From Candidatus Bathyarchaeota archaeon (GTDB taxonomy: Archaea; Thermoproteota; Bathyarchaeia; TCS64), in assembly GCA_043826455.1 (NCBI GenBank), contig JBDRQD010000021.1, forward strand, positions 1 to 64,000: a stretch of 64,000 bases of DNA. The letters run 5' to 3'. The notes below the pieces were generated by a model that was not told the origin of the DNA, searched no databases, and was given only the letters and a program-made list of their open reading frames with translations. A program made the translations under genes and the position numbers. Below, piece by piece: positions 1 to 10,104 of this stretch. Each line of letters opens with the position of its first letter. Positions within the stretch are counted from its first letter, which is position 1.

Positions 1-717
1 CAGTACATACCTCTGCTCTCCATAGAGTATGGCACTGAAATTGGTGTAACGAATCTTATAATCATCTTTAATCATCGTGTTGTTCAAACCCGTGCCATTC
101 ACATATTTTTCAACGGATCTATACGCTTCTTTTAGGGTGGCGTTAAGATTAGGCTCATCTAATGAATAGCTCCAGCTTAATGTTATGAACGTCTTCTCGT
201 TACATGGGTTTCCCGTCAACATATCTGTTATATTCGTATTTACAAAGGCATTCACTGTAACTATTACCTCTTGAGGGCATTCGAAGGAGACATTATTGAA
301 GAAAATCTTTATGTTGTTATCACCTACTCTTGTTTTATTGAGGAGACTCTCCCTCTCTAACACGATACTGGAGTTTAAATCAGCGTATTCTGTTAACAGA
401 CTCGTATAATTATAATCAAGCTGAGCGTATTTTTCTGATAAATCCTTGTATTCGACGCTTTTTTGCATATAATCGTTCTCATACATCCTCATCTCCTTTT
501 CCAGTTCTTCATATTCTATTAATAGATCACCAAAAATGTTTCTTAGATAAGATACTTCACTGTTCAACCTGTTAATTGTGGAGCTTTTTTCCCCTGTCAA
601 TTTCGTTATCTTTTCATCTTGCATGACATATGCTGAGTAAAACCCCAATCCAGAGAAAATGATAATAACTAGTAGTATTAGAAAGATGTTTTTGATGTTA
701 TCTTGGAAAAACACCAA
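1..717 (-). CDS. Partial (3'-truncated) membrane-anchored coiled-coil protein, probable surface glycoprotein
   Basis: Own translation from TTG at 717: MVFFQDNIKNIFLILLVIIIFSGLGFYSAY..., open to the window edge; N-terminal TM segment, E/K/Y/L-rich helical region, many N-x-S/T sequons; absent from ORF track. Confidence 0.75.
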   Translation of the reverse strand, partial: MVFFQDNIKNIFLILLVIIIFSGLGFYSAYVMQDEKITKLTGEKSSTINRLNSEVSYLRNIFGDLLIEYEELEKEMRMYENDYMQKSVEYKDLSEKYAQLDYNYTSLLTEYADLNSSIVLERESLLNKTRVGDNNIKIFFNNVSFECPQEVIVTVNAFVNTNITDMLTGNPCNEKTFITLSWSYSLDEPNLNATLKEAYRSVEKYVNGTGLNNTMIKDDYKIRYTNFSAILYGEQRYVL

Positions 718-934
718 TACCGCCTACTTTAGCATTTTCAAAGGTTGATAACCCATTAAGTTTTACTGATCATGAATAAGGTTCACAGCCACCTTATTGC
801 TTGCGCACGGTTTCAAGTGTGATTGGATAGCCCTGTTAATCCCTGACTTTGAGAATCTAAAATGGGGGCTTATTTACTGTTCTAATAACTGAGGTACCCT
901 CGTAGATAACTCTAAATCCAGTTCCAGTATCAGT

Positions 935-1882
935 GTGCATGTGAATTCATTGAAGCTGACCAAGGCGCAGAGACTCGACCTGTACAGAGTCATGGTCAGG
1001 ATCAGGGCCTTCGAGAACGGGGTGAGGCAGCTCACCAGTGAGGGCAAGATAGGGCATGTGAGCCTCAGCGGAGGCGGTGAGGCCGTGGCCGCCGCCGTGG
1101 GGGCCCACCTGTCGTCGGAGGACCAGATCGGCAGCACCCACAGGCCCCTGGGCCACCTGGTGGCCAAGGGCTGCAGCCTCAAGCACATGTTGGCCGAGAT
1201 AGCCGGCAAGGCGACGGGCACCAACAGAGGCAAGGGTGGAGCCTACCACATCTTCTGCCCCGAGGTGGGCGCTCTAGGCGCCAACGGGATTGTCGGCGGC
1301 AGCGTCCCCATGTGCGCGGGGTACGCCCTGGCCAACCAGCTGAGAGCCAACGGCAAAGTGGCCGTCAGCTACTTCGGTGAAGGGGCCAGCAACCAGGGGG
1401 GCGTCCAAGAGACACTGAACCTGGCGGCTTGCTGGAAGCTGCCCCTGGTCTTCGTCTGCGAGAACAGCAGCCCCGTGGTGCAGACCATGCTGGGCCACGA
1501 GATCGACTACCCCCAGCTGAGCATCGACGACGTGAGCCTCAGGGCCCCGGCCTACGGCATGCCTGGTAGCAGCCACCCCGGGTGGGACGTTGAGGAGGTG
1601 TACACGGTGGTGGGTGAGGCTGTTAAACGGGCCAGAGACGGTGAGGGGCCCACCCTGCTGGAGTTTAAGGTCCACAGGGTCGAGGGCGAGGAGAGCCAGT
1701 ACTGCCCCATAAGGTGCTACCGTGAGAAGCTCATGAAGGAAAGGGTTCTGACAGAGAAGCTAGACAAGGAGATCAGGAACGCTGAAGCCTCAGCCGTCAA
1801 GGAGGCCATGGACTTCGCCTTGGGCAGCCCGGAGCCAGAGCTAGTGGATGCCTACAGGGGCATCTTCGCGGAGGGGTCCTGA
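935..1882 (+). CDS. ThDP-dependent 2-oxoacid/acetoin dehydrogenase E1 alpha subunit-like
   Basis: STHR, GKGG, NGIVGG, FGEGA..QG..E.LNLA..WKLP.VFVCEN, GEGPTLLE motifs. Confidence 0.9.
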   Translation: MHVNSLKLTKAQRLDLYRVMVRIRAFENGVRQLTSEGKIGHVSLSGGGEAVAAAVGAHLSSEDQIGSTHRPLGHLVAKGCSLKHMLAEIAGKATGTNRGKGGAYHIFCPEVGALGANGIVGGSVPMCAGYALANQLRANGKVAVSYFGEGASNQGGVQETLNLAACWKLPLVFVCENSSPVVQTMLGHEIDYPQLSIDDVSLRAPAYGMPGSSHPGWDVEEVYTVVGEAVKRARDGEGPTLLEFKVHRVEGEESQYCPIRCYREKLMKERVLTEKLDKEIRNAEASAVKEAMDFALGSPEPELVDAYRGIFAEGS

Positions 1883-2847
1883 TGAGAGAGATCACATACG
1901 CGGAGGCCATCAACGAGGCCCAAAGATTCGCCATGAGGGAGAACCCTGAGGTCATCCTCTTCGGGGAGAACGTGTCCAGCAGCTGGAGGGCGGCCACCAA
2001 GGGACTGAAGGAGGAGTTCGGCCGAGAACGTGTCCGGGACGCGCCCATCACTGAGACCGCCTTCATCGGGACGGGCGTGGGCGCCGCCGTCGCCGGCATG
2101 AGGCCCATCGTTGAGCTGATGCTGGTGGACTTCGGCCTGGTCGCCATGGACCAGATACTGAACCAGATGGCCAAGACCACTTACATGACGGGCGGAAACG
2201 TCAGCGTCCCCATGGTGCTCAGGGCCATCTATGGGGCCGGGGGCGGCAACGCGGCTACCCACAGCGAGAGCCTCTACGGCATCTACGCTCACATGCCCGG
2301 GATGAAGGTGGCCGTACCGGCCACACCTTATGACGCCAAGGGGCTCCTGTTGACCGCTATCCGTGACCCTAACCCGGTTGTCTTCTTCGAGCACAGGCTA
2401 CTCTACAGCGCCAGGGGCCACGTCCCAGAGGAGCCCTACGAGGTGCCCTTCGGGGTGGCCAACCTGGTTCGTGAGGGGCGGGACGTCACCGTGGTGGCCG
2501 TGGGCAAGATGGTGCAGGAGGCCGTGAAGGCAGCGGACGAGCTCAAGGGTAAGGTAAGCGTGGAGGTCTTGGATCCCAGGACCTTAGTGCCCCTGGACGA
2601 GGAGGCCATACTGCGGAGCCTACAGAAGACGGGACGGCTGGTGGTGGTGGACGAGGACTATGAGAGGTGCGGGTTCAGCGCCGAGGTGGCCGCGGTGGCC
2701 GCCGAGAAAGGGTTCCGCAGCCTGAGGGCGCCGGTGGCCCGGGTGGCTAACCCGAATGTGCCGATACCCTTCAACAGGAGCTTGGAGCGCCACGTGCTGC
2801 CTGACGCGGAGAAGATCGTCCGCGCCATCAATAGCGTCGTCAAGTGA
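1882..2847 (+). CDS. 2-oxoacid/acetoin dehydrogenase E1 beta subunit
   Basis: RVRDAPITE, GMRPIVE, ATHSES, PYDAKGLL, DPRTLVPLD; TGATG overlap with the alpha gene. Confidence 0.93.
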   Translation: MREITYAEAINEAQRFAMRENPEVILFGENVSSSWRAATKGLKEEFGRERVRDAPITETAFIGTGVGAAVAGMRPIVELMLVDFGLVAMDQILNQMAKTTYMTGGNVSVPMVLRAIYGAGGGNAATHSESLYGIYAHMPGMKVAVPATPYDAKGLLLTAIRDPNPVVFFEHRLLYSARGHVPEEPYEVPFGVANLVREGRDVTVVAVGKMVQEAVKAADELKGKVSVEVLDPRTLVPLDEEAILRSLQKTGRLVVVDEDYERCGFSAEVAAVAAEKGFRSLRAPVARVANPNVPIPFNRSLERHVLPDAEKIVRAINSVVK

Positions 2848-3355
2848 CTGTTAAATGCGTCGGCCCCTTCCTAGGTGACGGGGAACCGTAATTTAGACGG
2901 TTTATTCTTTCAATATTTGATACTCTCCTACGTTTTGTCTTGCACGGCCTCCGGGTCTTCTGGGCCTCGCTGAGTGAGTATCCCCCTATGGATGAAAAAA
3001 ATTGTCATTAGCTGGTAACCTACTACCTTTTCACATCGGCTCCGATGCAGCGTGTCTGATGTGATGAATATGCCGTGTTTTTGTATTGTATGAACAGCGT
3101 TTTTGCGTAGATTCATGCGGCGTCGGACCGATTTTAGGGGTCCGTTTGGTGTGGGGCGTCCGTTTCCGGTTTTTCTTGCTCTACCCCCCTCCCCCCTCTC
3201 TGGGGCTCCGGTGCTGGCGTGGCGGGTGTATCGTAAGCTTGGTTGCTTATACCGTCCTAGAGGGTATAAGGCGGAAAAAAATTTTCCATCTTTTGCCTTA
3301 ATCCTATTGTTCATCTTTCTTGCGTTGCTTTTAGCGTCATGTTCTCATTGCCAGT

Positions 3356-4159
3356 TCAGGGCTTTACCGCTTCTACGCTCCACATCTGCGGCAGTGAGTC
3401 TCCCGGGATTCTCCAGTAGCCGTCCAAGCCTTTCTCAGCCTTCTTAACATACTTCCATGGAAGATGCGGGTACTCTTTTACTTCCTTGACGCGTAGCCCC
3501 GCCTTGATCAAGCTATTCAGAACGTCGCTGACGGTGTGCTGCCACTCATAGCTTCTCCTGTTCTTGACCTTCGCGTCCTCGTCGGCATATGTTCCGTCTG
3601 TCTCCCAGTTCAAAGGCTCGTCCCTGTGCCAGTAGCTGTACTTGATGCCCAGTTCCTCGCTCTCGTCATCGAACATCCACATGAGGGGGTGTGACTCCAC
3701 GAGGAGGAACGTTCCCCCCGGCTTAAGGTAGTGTGCGATTATTCTGCCCCACTCGTTGATGTCCTGGAGCCAGCAGAGGACGCCTATGCTGGTGAACACG
3801 ATGTCGTACTGCCCATGGTGGACCTTGGGCAGATCGTAGACGTTGCTGCAGATGAACTCGGCGTCCACCCCCACCCTCTTGGCTATCTCCCGCGCCAGTT
3901 CTATGGCGGTGTCGCTGAAGTCTACCCCTGTGGCCTTGACCCCCAGACGCGTCCAGCTGATGGTGTCCAGGCCGAAGTGGCACTGCAGGTGGAGCAGGCT
4001 TTTGCCCCGCACGTCTCCCAGGATGCCCAGCTCCGGCTGATGTAGGCTGTTTCTCCCCGCGATGAAGCCTTCCAGGTCGTACTCCTGTGACCTGGCGTGG
4101 ATGTCCACCAGCTCGTTCCAGCGTGCCTTGTTGGTCTCGTAGTACTTTTCAGCGGTCAT
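3356..4159 (-). CDS. Class I SAM-dependent methyltransferase
   Basis: LLHLQCHFG.DT, GVDFS, YDIVFTS.GVLCW, LKPGG. Confidence 0.9.
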   Translation of the reverse strand: MTAEKYYETNKARWNELVDIHARSQEYDLEGFIAGRNSLHQPELGILGDVRGKSLLHLQCHFGLDTISWTRLGVKATGVDFSDTAIELAREIAKRVGVDAEFICSNVYDLPKVHHGQYDIVFTSIGVLCWLQDINEWGRIIAHYLKPGGTFLLVESHPLMWMFDDESEELGIKYSYWHRDEPLNWETDGTYADEDAKVKNRRSYEWQHTVSDVLNSLIKAGLRVKEVKEYPHLPWKYVKKAEKGLDGYWRIPGDSLPQMWSVEAVKP

Positions 4160-4331
4160 CCAGCATATACAGGTGTTATCACTGAAAAATGTAGTGCAAT
4201 GATTCAGGCTGGATACTGCTAACCAGCTTCCATAATACCATGAGTGATACCTCTAAAGGGCTGGAGCTGGAAACCGTCGACCAGCACTTCACCCACCTCC
4301 AGAGCCATGGCTTGAAGCTGTGGAAACAGGC

Positions 4332-5750
4332 TTAGACTTTAGACGCCTTACCAGCATCGTAGGGCTTGATGAATAGGCCCAGCAGCAGAACCACCACTGT
4401 GAGGCTGGAGGTAACCAGGGCCGTGATGGCCAGGCTGTACCCCAGGAGGTAACCTATGAGGATGCTGGCCGGGATGTTGCCTATCCAGCTCCAGCTCATG
4501 TACATCTGGTATACGGTACTACTCATGGCCAGGGGCGTGGCGTCCGCCATTAGAGCGAAGGTTGTGCCTGTCCAGAACCGTTCAAGGAAGCTGCTGATCA
4601 TGGCCACCAATATGAACCAGGTGACGGCCCCCGGAGTCAGTGTAGTCCACAGGAAGCCAGCCACCGTGAAGGCGACAGTGGCCGCGATGAAGGTCCTCTT
4701 GTGGCCGTACTTGTCCGCGAGTCTGCCCCCCAGAAGAGAACCGGGCAGCCCGGCCAGGGTGGCTGCCAGGCCGAGGGTGCTCACGAGGCCTATGTCTGCC
4801 CCCACCACCTCCCGGATGGTGAAGCTGAACATGCCGCCCAGGGGAGCGGTGATCTTGAGGTGGGTGAAGCTCCTGCTGAACATTACTAGGGCTGCTACCA
4901 CAACGGTGAGCTCCGTGAAGGTGAAGGCCACCGCCTGCCTGCTGAAGGCCCTCTCAGCTTGGGCCTCAGGCTCCTTAACCGTCATGAACAGGAACGAGGT
5001 GAGGCCGGTGACCCCTGCCAGGATGAAAACCAGTTTGTAGCCGCCAGCACCAAGCAGCCACAGAGGCAGTATGGTGGCCAGGGCTGAGCCTATGCTCTGG
5101 CCCGCGGTGCTGGCCCCGCCTATGACCCGGGCGTGGTACTCCGGGGGCGTCACGTCTATGGCGAAGCTGTCCGCTGCCATGTCGTAGAAGGCCGCAGCTG
5201 TTATAATTGACACCACGGCGGGGAACAGGACGGTCCACACGGGGGCGTTCTCTATGTCGCTCACCGCCATCACCCCGATCCCCAGGATAAAGAGGACCCC
5301 TGTGACGAGGAACCAGGGCACCCTCTTGTACTGGCGTCCCCTCCACTTGATGGGGAAGATGTCGGCGACGAGGCCGATGAACATCTTCCAGCTCCAGGAC
5401 ACGTACATGAGGCCCACGAAGAGGCTGGCCTCCAGGGTGCTCGCGCCGACCCTGTCCAGGAGGAATATGGGCACCCAGAGGCTGAAGGTGGTGCGCACGT
5501 ACCCGTTGCTGAAGTAGCTCAGCCCGTAGAGGAGAGTGATCTTACCCGGCTCAAAGACGCCGCTCATGAGCTGCTGCATCCTCTCCTCCTTCGGGGCCTG
5601 CCAGTAGGTGACCCCCTGGGCCTCGAACTCGTGCCTCCACTTTCTGCCTAGGATGAAGAGAATGGCGTAGGCTCCTACGGTGAAGGCGAAGACCGCTATG
5701 CCCATCTTGTACTCCAGGTCGAGGCCCATGAGCCAGTCGAGGAGAGGCAT
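4332..5750 (-). CDS. MFS transporter
   Basis: About 13 hydrophobic segments; GRLADKYGHKR motif A; W.WK...G..AD. Confidence 0.88.
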   Translation of the reverse strand: MPLLDWLMGLDLEYKMGIAVFAFTVGAYAILFILGRKWRHEFEAQGVTYWQAPKEERMQQLMSGVFEPGKITLLYGLSYFSNGYVRTTFSLWVPIFLLDRVGASTLEASLFVGLMYVSWSWKMFIGLVADIFPIKWRGRQYKRVPWFLVTGVLFILGIGVMAVSDIENAPVWTVLFPAVVSIITAAAFYDMAADSFAIDVTPPEYHARVIGGASTAGQSIGSALATILPLWLLGAGGYKLVFILAGVTGLTSFLFMTVKEPEAQAERAFSRQAVAFTFTELTVVVAALVMFSRSFTHLKITAPLGGMFSFTIREVVGADIGLVSTLGLAATLAGLPGSLLGGRLADKYGHKRTFIAATVAFTVAGFLWTTLTPGAVTWFILVAMISSFLERFWTGTTFALMADATPLAMSSTVYQMYMSWSWIGNIPASILIGYLLGYSLAITALVTSSLTVVVLLLGLFIKPYDAGKASKV

Positions 5751-5788
5751 TGGTACTTGCTGGGGCTCTTTAGGCTAAGATAGTTTCG

Positions 5789-6475
5789 TTAAACTCCCAT
5801 CCTACGCAGTAACGCTGGGAGTTCACATATTGAGCTGATGGCGTGGCCGCTCCAGGGGAGCTGGTCCGGCGTCTTTATCCAAACCCCTGTTATCCCGGCG
5901 TCCCTGGCTCCGTACATGTCGGCGTCGACTCTGTCCCCCACGTGAACGGCTTCCTCCGGTTTCACCCTTAGCTTGTCCAGGACGATTCTGAAAATTTCAG
6001 GATTGGGTTTCCTGACTCCCACGTCCCTGCTGCAGAGAATGTAGGTGAAGTACCTGTCATAGCCGCTCTCCTCAAGCAGCACCCGGGGGTGGTCGCTCAT
6101 GGTGTTGCTGAGTAGCGCCACCTTGTACCTAGAGGAGAGCTCAGCCAGAACGTCCTCGACGCAGTGCAGGTACTCGGTCCTGTAGTGGGTCCTGAAGGCG
6201 GCGTGGAGCTCCTCCAACAGCTCACTGTCCGCGGGAACGCCCAGGTTGCCCAGGAAGTCCGAGTAGACCTCCTCGAAGGTCCGCTCCCCACCCCTGTCCC
6301 GTACCTTGGCTAGGTCCTGGAGTGCGCCCCTGATGGCCTTCTTGAGGTCCCCCATCTCCACCGGGTAGCCTCTACGCGTCAGGATTCCCTGTATTGCCAG
6401 GTGATAGGGGTCCCAGTCCAGGTCGCCCTCCGAGAGGGTGCCCCCGAAGTCGAGGATTACGGCCTTGATCTTCAT
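5789..6475 (-). CDS. HAD-superfamily hydrolase
   Basis: DFGGTL, LSN, KPNPEIF, HVGD..DAD motifs. Confidence 0.9.
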   Translation of the reverse strand: MKIKAVILDFGGTLSEGDLDWDPYHLAIQGILTRRGYPVEMGDLKKAIRGALQDLAKVRDRGGERTFEEVYSDFLGNLGVPADSELLEELHAAFRTHYRTEYLHCVEDVLAELSSRYKVALLSNTMSDHPRVLLEESGYDRYFTYILCSRDVGVRKPNPEIFRIVLDKLRVKPEEAVHVGDRVDADMYGARDAGITGVWIKTPDQLPWSGHAISSICELPALLRRMGV

Positions 6476-6660
6476 GCACTCATATACGCTTGGGGGTTTT
6501 TCAATCTTCAGAAAAATGGAAAGTGAAAAACCATCTAGACGATTATTTCATCTCTTTACTATCTCTTTTTTCTGCCTTCACTATGTAAGATTAGTATGTA
6601 ACATTCTTTCATACTGCCTTATATTTCATATACCTGCACCGTATACTCAGAGGTGAAAGA

Positions 6661-7290
6661 ATGATAACAGAGACCCTGGACAGGTTGAGCAGAGAGATGA
6701 GGAGCTTTTACAGCCTCATCATTATGAACATGGTGGGCGCCGGGCTCGCCGTGGCCATGGGCATGGCCTTCACAATAAGGAACGTGCATCTTATGATGGC
6801 GGCCCGCACGATAATTTGGCCCGAAGCCATGATGGTGGCGCTGATAGTCACCGGGGGCGTGCTTGTGTTCCGATGGTTCCTGACGGGAGCCGAGATGATG
6901 GACGAGTACCAGGACGTGAGGGAGAAGGCCTCCGACAGCGAGAACGAGGCGGAGAACTCCGCGACTGAGCTCATCGTCCAGAACATGGCCTTCTATAGAG
7001 ACCACAAGGAGTCCATTAGGGGCCTCATCCTGGGGAGCTTGGCTACAGGGACTTACTTCCTACTGTCGGCAACGATGCAGGTGAGGTACCTACTCTCAGT
7101 CATGGGCTCCGGCTCGGTCTTCGAGGTGGCCTTCACCCTCGTGGGCTTCGGCCTGTGCCTAGCCCTGGGCGTCGTGGGGGTGTACATCCACCGCCTGTTC
7201 AAACGCTACGTAACCACCTGGGACAGAAGGCTCCAGGAGTCTATGGAAGCCGAGAAGAGGCTGGGTGAGCTGCTGGAAGGATCAAGTTGA
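6661..7290 (+). CDS. Hypothetical membrane protein (about 4 TM)
   Basis: Hydrophobic segments, GAGGTGA RBS, overlap with downstream wHTH gene. Confidence 0.75.
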   Translation: MITETLDRLSREMRSFYSLIIMNMVGAGLAVAMGMAFTIRNVHLMMAARTIIWPEAMMVALIVTGGVLVFRWFLTGAEMMDEYQDVREKASDSENEAENSATELIVQNMAFYRDHKESIRGLILGSLATGTYFLLSATMQVRYLLSVMGSGSVFEVAFTLVGFGLCLALGVVGVYIHRLFKRYVTTWDRRLQESMEAEKRLGELLEGSS

Positions 7291-7562
7291 AGGGAAAACG
7301 GACCCTGTACGAGATATACTGGGAGATTCTGACCTTCTGCAGGAGTCCCCGGACCTTCACCAGCATCATCCACAGGTGTAGCTTGAACAGCGCCATAGGT
7401 CAGGCGCACATAGGGTTCCTGCTGGAGAAAGGCTTCCTCCGCAGGTACGAGGAAGAGGGCGGCAACCTCCACAGGACCGCAGACGCGGCGAGGCCCTTCT
7501 TGGACGCCTTCAAGGGCATGTACCTGGAGCTCTACAACAAGGGCCCCGAGTTTAAGCTCTGA
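7287..7562 (+). CDS. Winged helix-turn-helix protein (archaeal HTH_45-like)
   Basis: KRT.YEIY.EIL......T.II..C.LN......I.FL...G.L pattern. Confidence 0.8.
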   Translation: MKGKRTLYEIYWEILTFCRSPRTFTSIIHRCSLNSAIGQAHIGFLLEKGFLRRYEEEGGNLHRTADAARPFLDAFKGMYLELYNKGPEFKL

Positions 7563-7607
7563 TCACGTTTTCTCGGCACTCTAAAGGTTTTAAGAGGGTT
7601 TGTTTGG

Positions 7608-8753
7608 TTAGCTTGTTCTGGACTCCTGTATCACGACGTTCCTTTTCCTCAGCTCAGATAATAGGTCCTTGGTGAAACCCTGGTCCATTCCAAGCCTCTC
7701 CGGAGGGACGACTCCAACCTGCTTTATCCTCTTTGTCGCCAACATACTGGCCACGGTGGCCGCCGTGTAGCCGGTGGTCCTCGCCATGGCTGAGACCTTG
7801 CCCTCGTGGTCGTAGCGGTCGAGGACGCGGAACATGTACCCGCGCTTGTCTCCACTTGACTCCCCTTTTACCGTGATCTGCATGGCCAGGAGGTCCCCCA
7901 CCTCGGGCATCCAAAGGCTCCTCTCCAGAAGCCTGGCCGTGGCCAGCCGCGGCGACACCTGGACGCCCTGCACCGTGACGGGCTCGTCCGAGAAGAAGCC
8001 CAGGTCCCGGAGGAGCCTCACCTTCTCCACGTGGCCCGGGTACCTCAGGGTCTTCTCCCACATGTCAGCAACGTCTGGCAGCGACTCGGCCAGGGTGCGG
8101 AGGCCGTCCGTGTAGAACGCCTCTAGGGTGCCTACCCCCGGGAAATCTATCTCCTCCAGGCCGCTGAGGGCGGGCACCTCAACGATCTGTCCCCCCTTCA
8201 CTATTCGGGCGCCTCTGACGTACTCGTCGATGAGGCCCTCCGCCGACCATGTGACGGTGTAGCCCAGGGGAGGGACGGGCTTCTCAGGTATCCCGCCCAC
8301 CATGACGTGAGCCGAGTCCACCTTGTCGAGCCTGGAGGCGCCGTAGCCCACCAGCATGTTGCTGAGGCCGGGGGCTACTCCGCAGTCGGGTATTACCGTG
8401 ACACTTCTCTCCTTGGCCTCAGCGTCCAGTTTCGTCGGGTCCTCCGGGGTGAAGGATACGTCTACCATGTGGACGCCGACCTCCACGGCGGCCCTTATGG
8501 CGGTGTAGCCGTAGTCTCCGGGGAGGGCGCCTAGGGCCAGATCGTGACCCCTAATCTTCTTGATCAGGGAACCGTAGTCTGAGGTGTCGATGGTGGCCCA
8601 GTCGGCCCCTGGGATGGCGGCCGCCGCCTTCCTCGCCCTGTCCTCGTCTATGTCGGCCATGGTTACCTTGGAGGCCGGTACGCGCCGGTGGAACTCGCGC
8701 GCCATCACCGCCCCGATCTTTCCGCAGCCCAATACAATGACTTTCACATTCAA
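7608..8753 (-). CDS. Saccharopine dehydrogenase / lysine 6-dehydrogenase family protein
   Basis: GCGKIG Rossmann motif, DCGVAPGLSN, VGGIP, TWS.EGLIDEY, EAFYTDGLRT, KTLRYPGH, AMARTTG. Confidence 0.9.
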   Translation of the reverse strand: MNVKVIVLGCGKIGAVMAREFHRRVPASKVTMADIDEDRARKAAAAIPGADWATIDTSDYGSLIKKIRGHDLALGALPGDYGYTAIRAAVEVGVHMVDVSFTPEDPTKLDAEAKERSVTVIPDCGVAPGLSNMLVGYGASRLDKVDSAHVMVGGIPEKPVPPLGYTVTWSAEGLIDEYVRGARIVKGGQIVEVPALSGLEEIDFPGVGTLEAFYTDGLRTLAESLPDVADMWEKTLRYPGHVEKVRLLRDLGFFSDEPVTVQGVQVSPRLATARLLERSLWMPEVGDLLAMQITVKGESSGDKRGYMFRVLDRYDHEGKVSAMARTTGYTAATVASMLATKRIKQVGVVPPERLGMDQGFTKDLLSELRKRNVVIQESRTS

Positions 8754-8898
8754 TCACTGGTACTTGTCGCGTCTGGGCTTTTCATTATTTCGAGAGGTGT
8801 GTCAGCCCAGCGTCTCATATACCTGGTTATCGCCTGCAACGGGGATCATTGAAGATAAATTGTCGAGTTTTTTCAGTAAATGAAAAGATTGGTAGAGG

Positions 8899-9981
8899 CT
8901 AGTCCTTGGGCTCAGGGTCGCGCCTCAGGGACCCGGCGGCACAATGGACGCTGCCGCTGTTCATGGGCCACACAAATGTGGGTATATCAACCTCGACAAC
9001 CTCGACGCCGACGCTCTCCAGCCACCTGGTCGCCTCAGAGACGCCTGTGGGGACCAGTATCTTCATGGGCTCCAGCACTACACCCGTCTCGGGGCCGACA
9101 GGCGTCCCCTGATCTACCCTGCAGAGCTCCTTCGGCGGCACGATGAACCTCCAGCTCATCTCGGCCCTGAGCCAGTCCAGGAGGTACGGGTCCAGCCACT
9201 TGGGGTCCGCCACAGACGTATGCCTGTCCACCATGCAGTAGTGGGTCAGCTGTGGCCTGGGGCCCCACCCGGGGAGGGTCCTCACGTCCACCTCGGGGTC
9301 CTGGCCCTGGATGATGCGCTTGAACTGCTCGTGGCCCCAGTCGTTGGCCCTCCACACAGCCGGGTCGCTGGTGTTGGCCCGCGGGTAGTGTACGGTGACC
9401 AGTACGTGCTTCTCGTCGTGCCACCCTATGTTGCCTCCCTCGGCCATGCCGTTCCCCGTGATCATGCCCACGACGGGGCACCCAGCCTCGGCCAGGGTCT
9501 GGTAGGTGGGCACCTCCTCCCCCTTCCGGATATGGTCGTACATCCGTAGGATAACCTGCCCGTAGACGGCCGCGTGACACACATCATCCGTGTAGATGCT
9601 CTTAACCTGGTACGGCGGGTCGTTGGGGTCAGGCTTCCTCTCCACCACCTCGACGCCCTCGTCCCTGTAGGCCTGCCTCAGCCGCTCATAGTCCTCGGTG
9701 AGGCGCTTGAGGTCCTTGGGCCTCCAGCTCATCCTCCAGGCTGCGAGGTCGCTGCTGTGGGGCGGCCACGGCGTCGGCTTCCCGACGCTGAGGAACTCTT
9801 TGCCTGGTCTGTGAAGGAGGACGGTGCGGAGCTTGCCTACCGTGGTGTTGGCTTTCCACTTCTTGCCCCAGTACTTGGGCATCTCCTCCTCGTACTCGCT
9901 GAGCACCTGGGGGTGGTGCTTCATGTACTGCTCGTGGAGGCTGAGTCCAGTGTTTTTCTTGAACAAGTCTAACTCTGTCAT
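8899..9981 (-). CDS. Amidinotransferase / arginine deiminase-fold (pentein) protein
   Basis: GKLRTVLLHRPG.E, RKGEE, EGG, C-terminal GSVHC...LRRD. Confidence 0.8.
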   Translation of the reverse strand: MTELDLFKKNTGLSLHEQYMKHHPQVLSEYEEEMPKYWGKKWKANTTVGKLRTVLLHRPGKEFLSVGKPTPWPPHSSDLAAWRMSWRPKDLKRLTEDYERLRQAYRDEGVEVVERKPDPNDPPYQVKSIYTDDVCHAAVYGQVILRMYDHIRKGEEVPTYQTLAEAGCPVVGMITGNGMAEGGNIGWHDEKHVLVTVHYPRANTSDPAVWRANDWGHEQFKRIIQGQDPEVDVRTLPGWGPRPQLTHYCMVDRHTSVADPKWLDPYLLDWLRAEMSWRFIVPPKELCRVDQGTPVGPETGVVLEPMKILVPTGVSEATRWLESVGVEVVEVDIPTFVWPMNSGSVHCAAGSLRRDPEPKD

Positions 9982-10104
9982 AGAATCAGAGTTGATCTAG
10001 GGGTCTGAGATAATAAAACTTGATAACCGAGTCATCCCTGCTCGCTCCGTGTTCTCCGCATTATATATACGGCACCACGCGTTAACATCGGCAAGGAAGA
10101 TTAC

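Noticed and set aside
2928..3447. Three 71-128 aa ORFs in the gap
   Set aside because: Mutually overlapping, atypical composition, no motifs or clear RBS
4240..4335. 31-aa ORF MSDTSKGLELETVDQHFTHLQSHGLKLWKQA
   Set aside because: Too short, no RBS or motif, cannot be distinguished from chance
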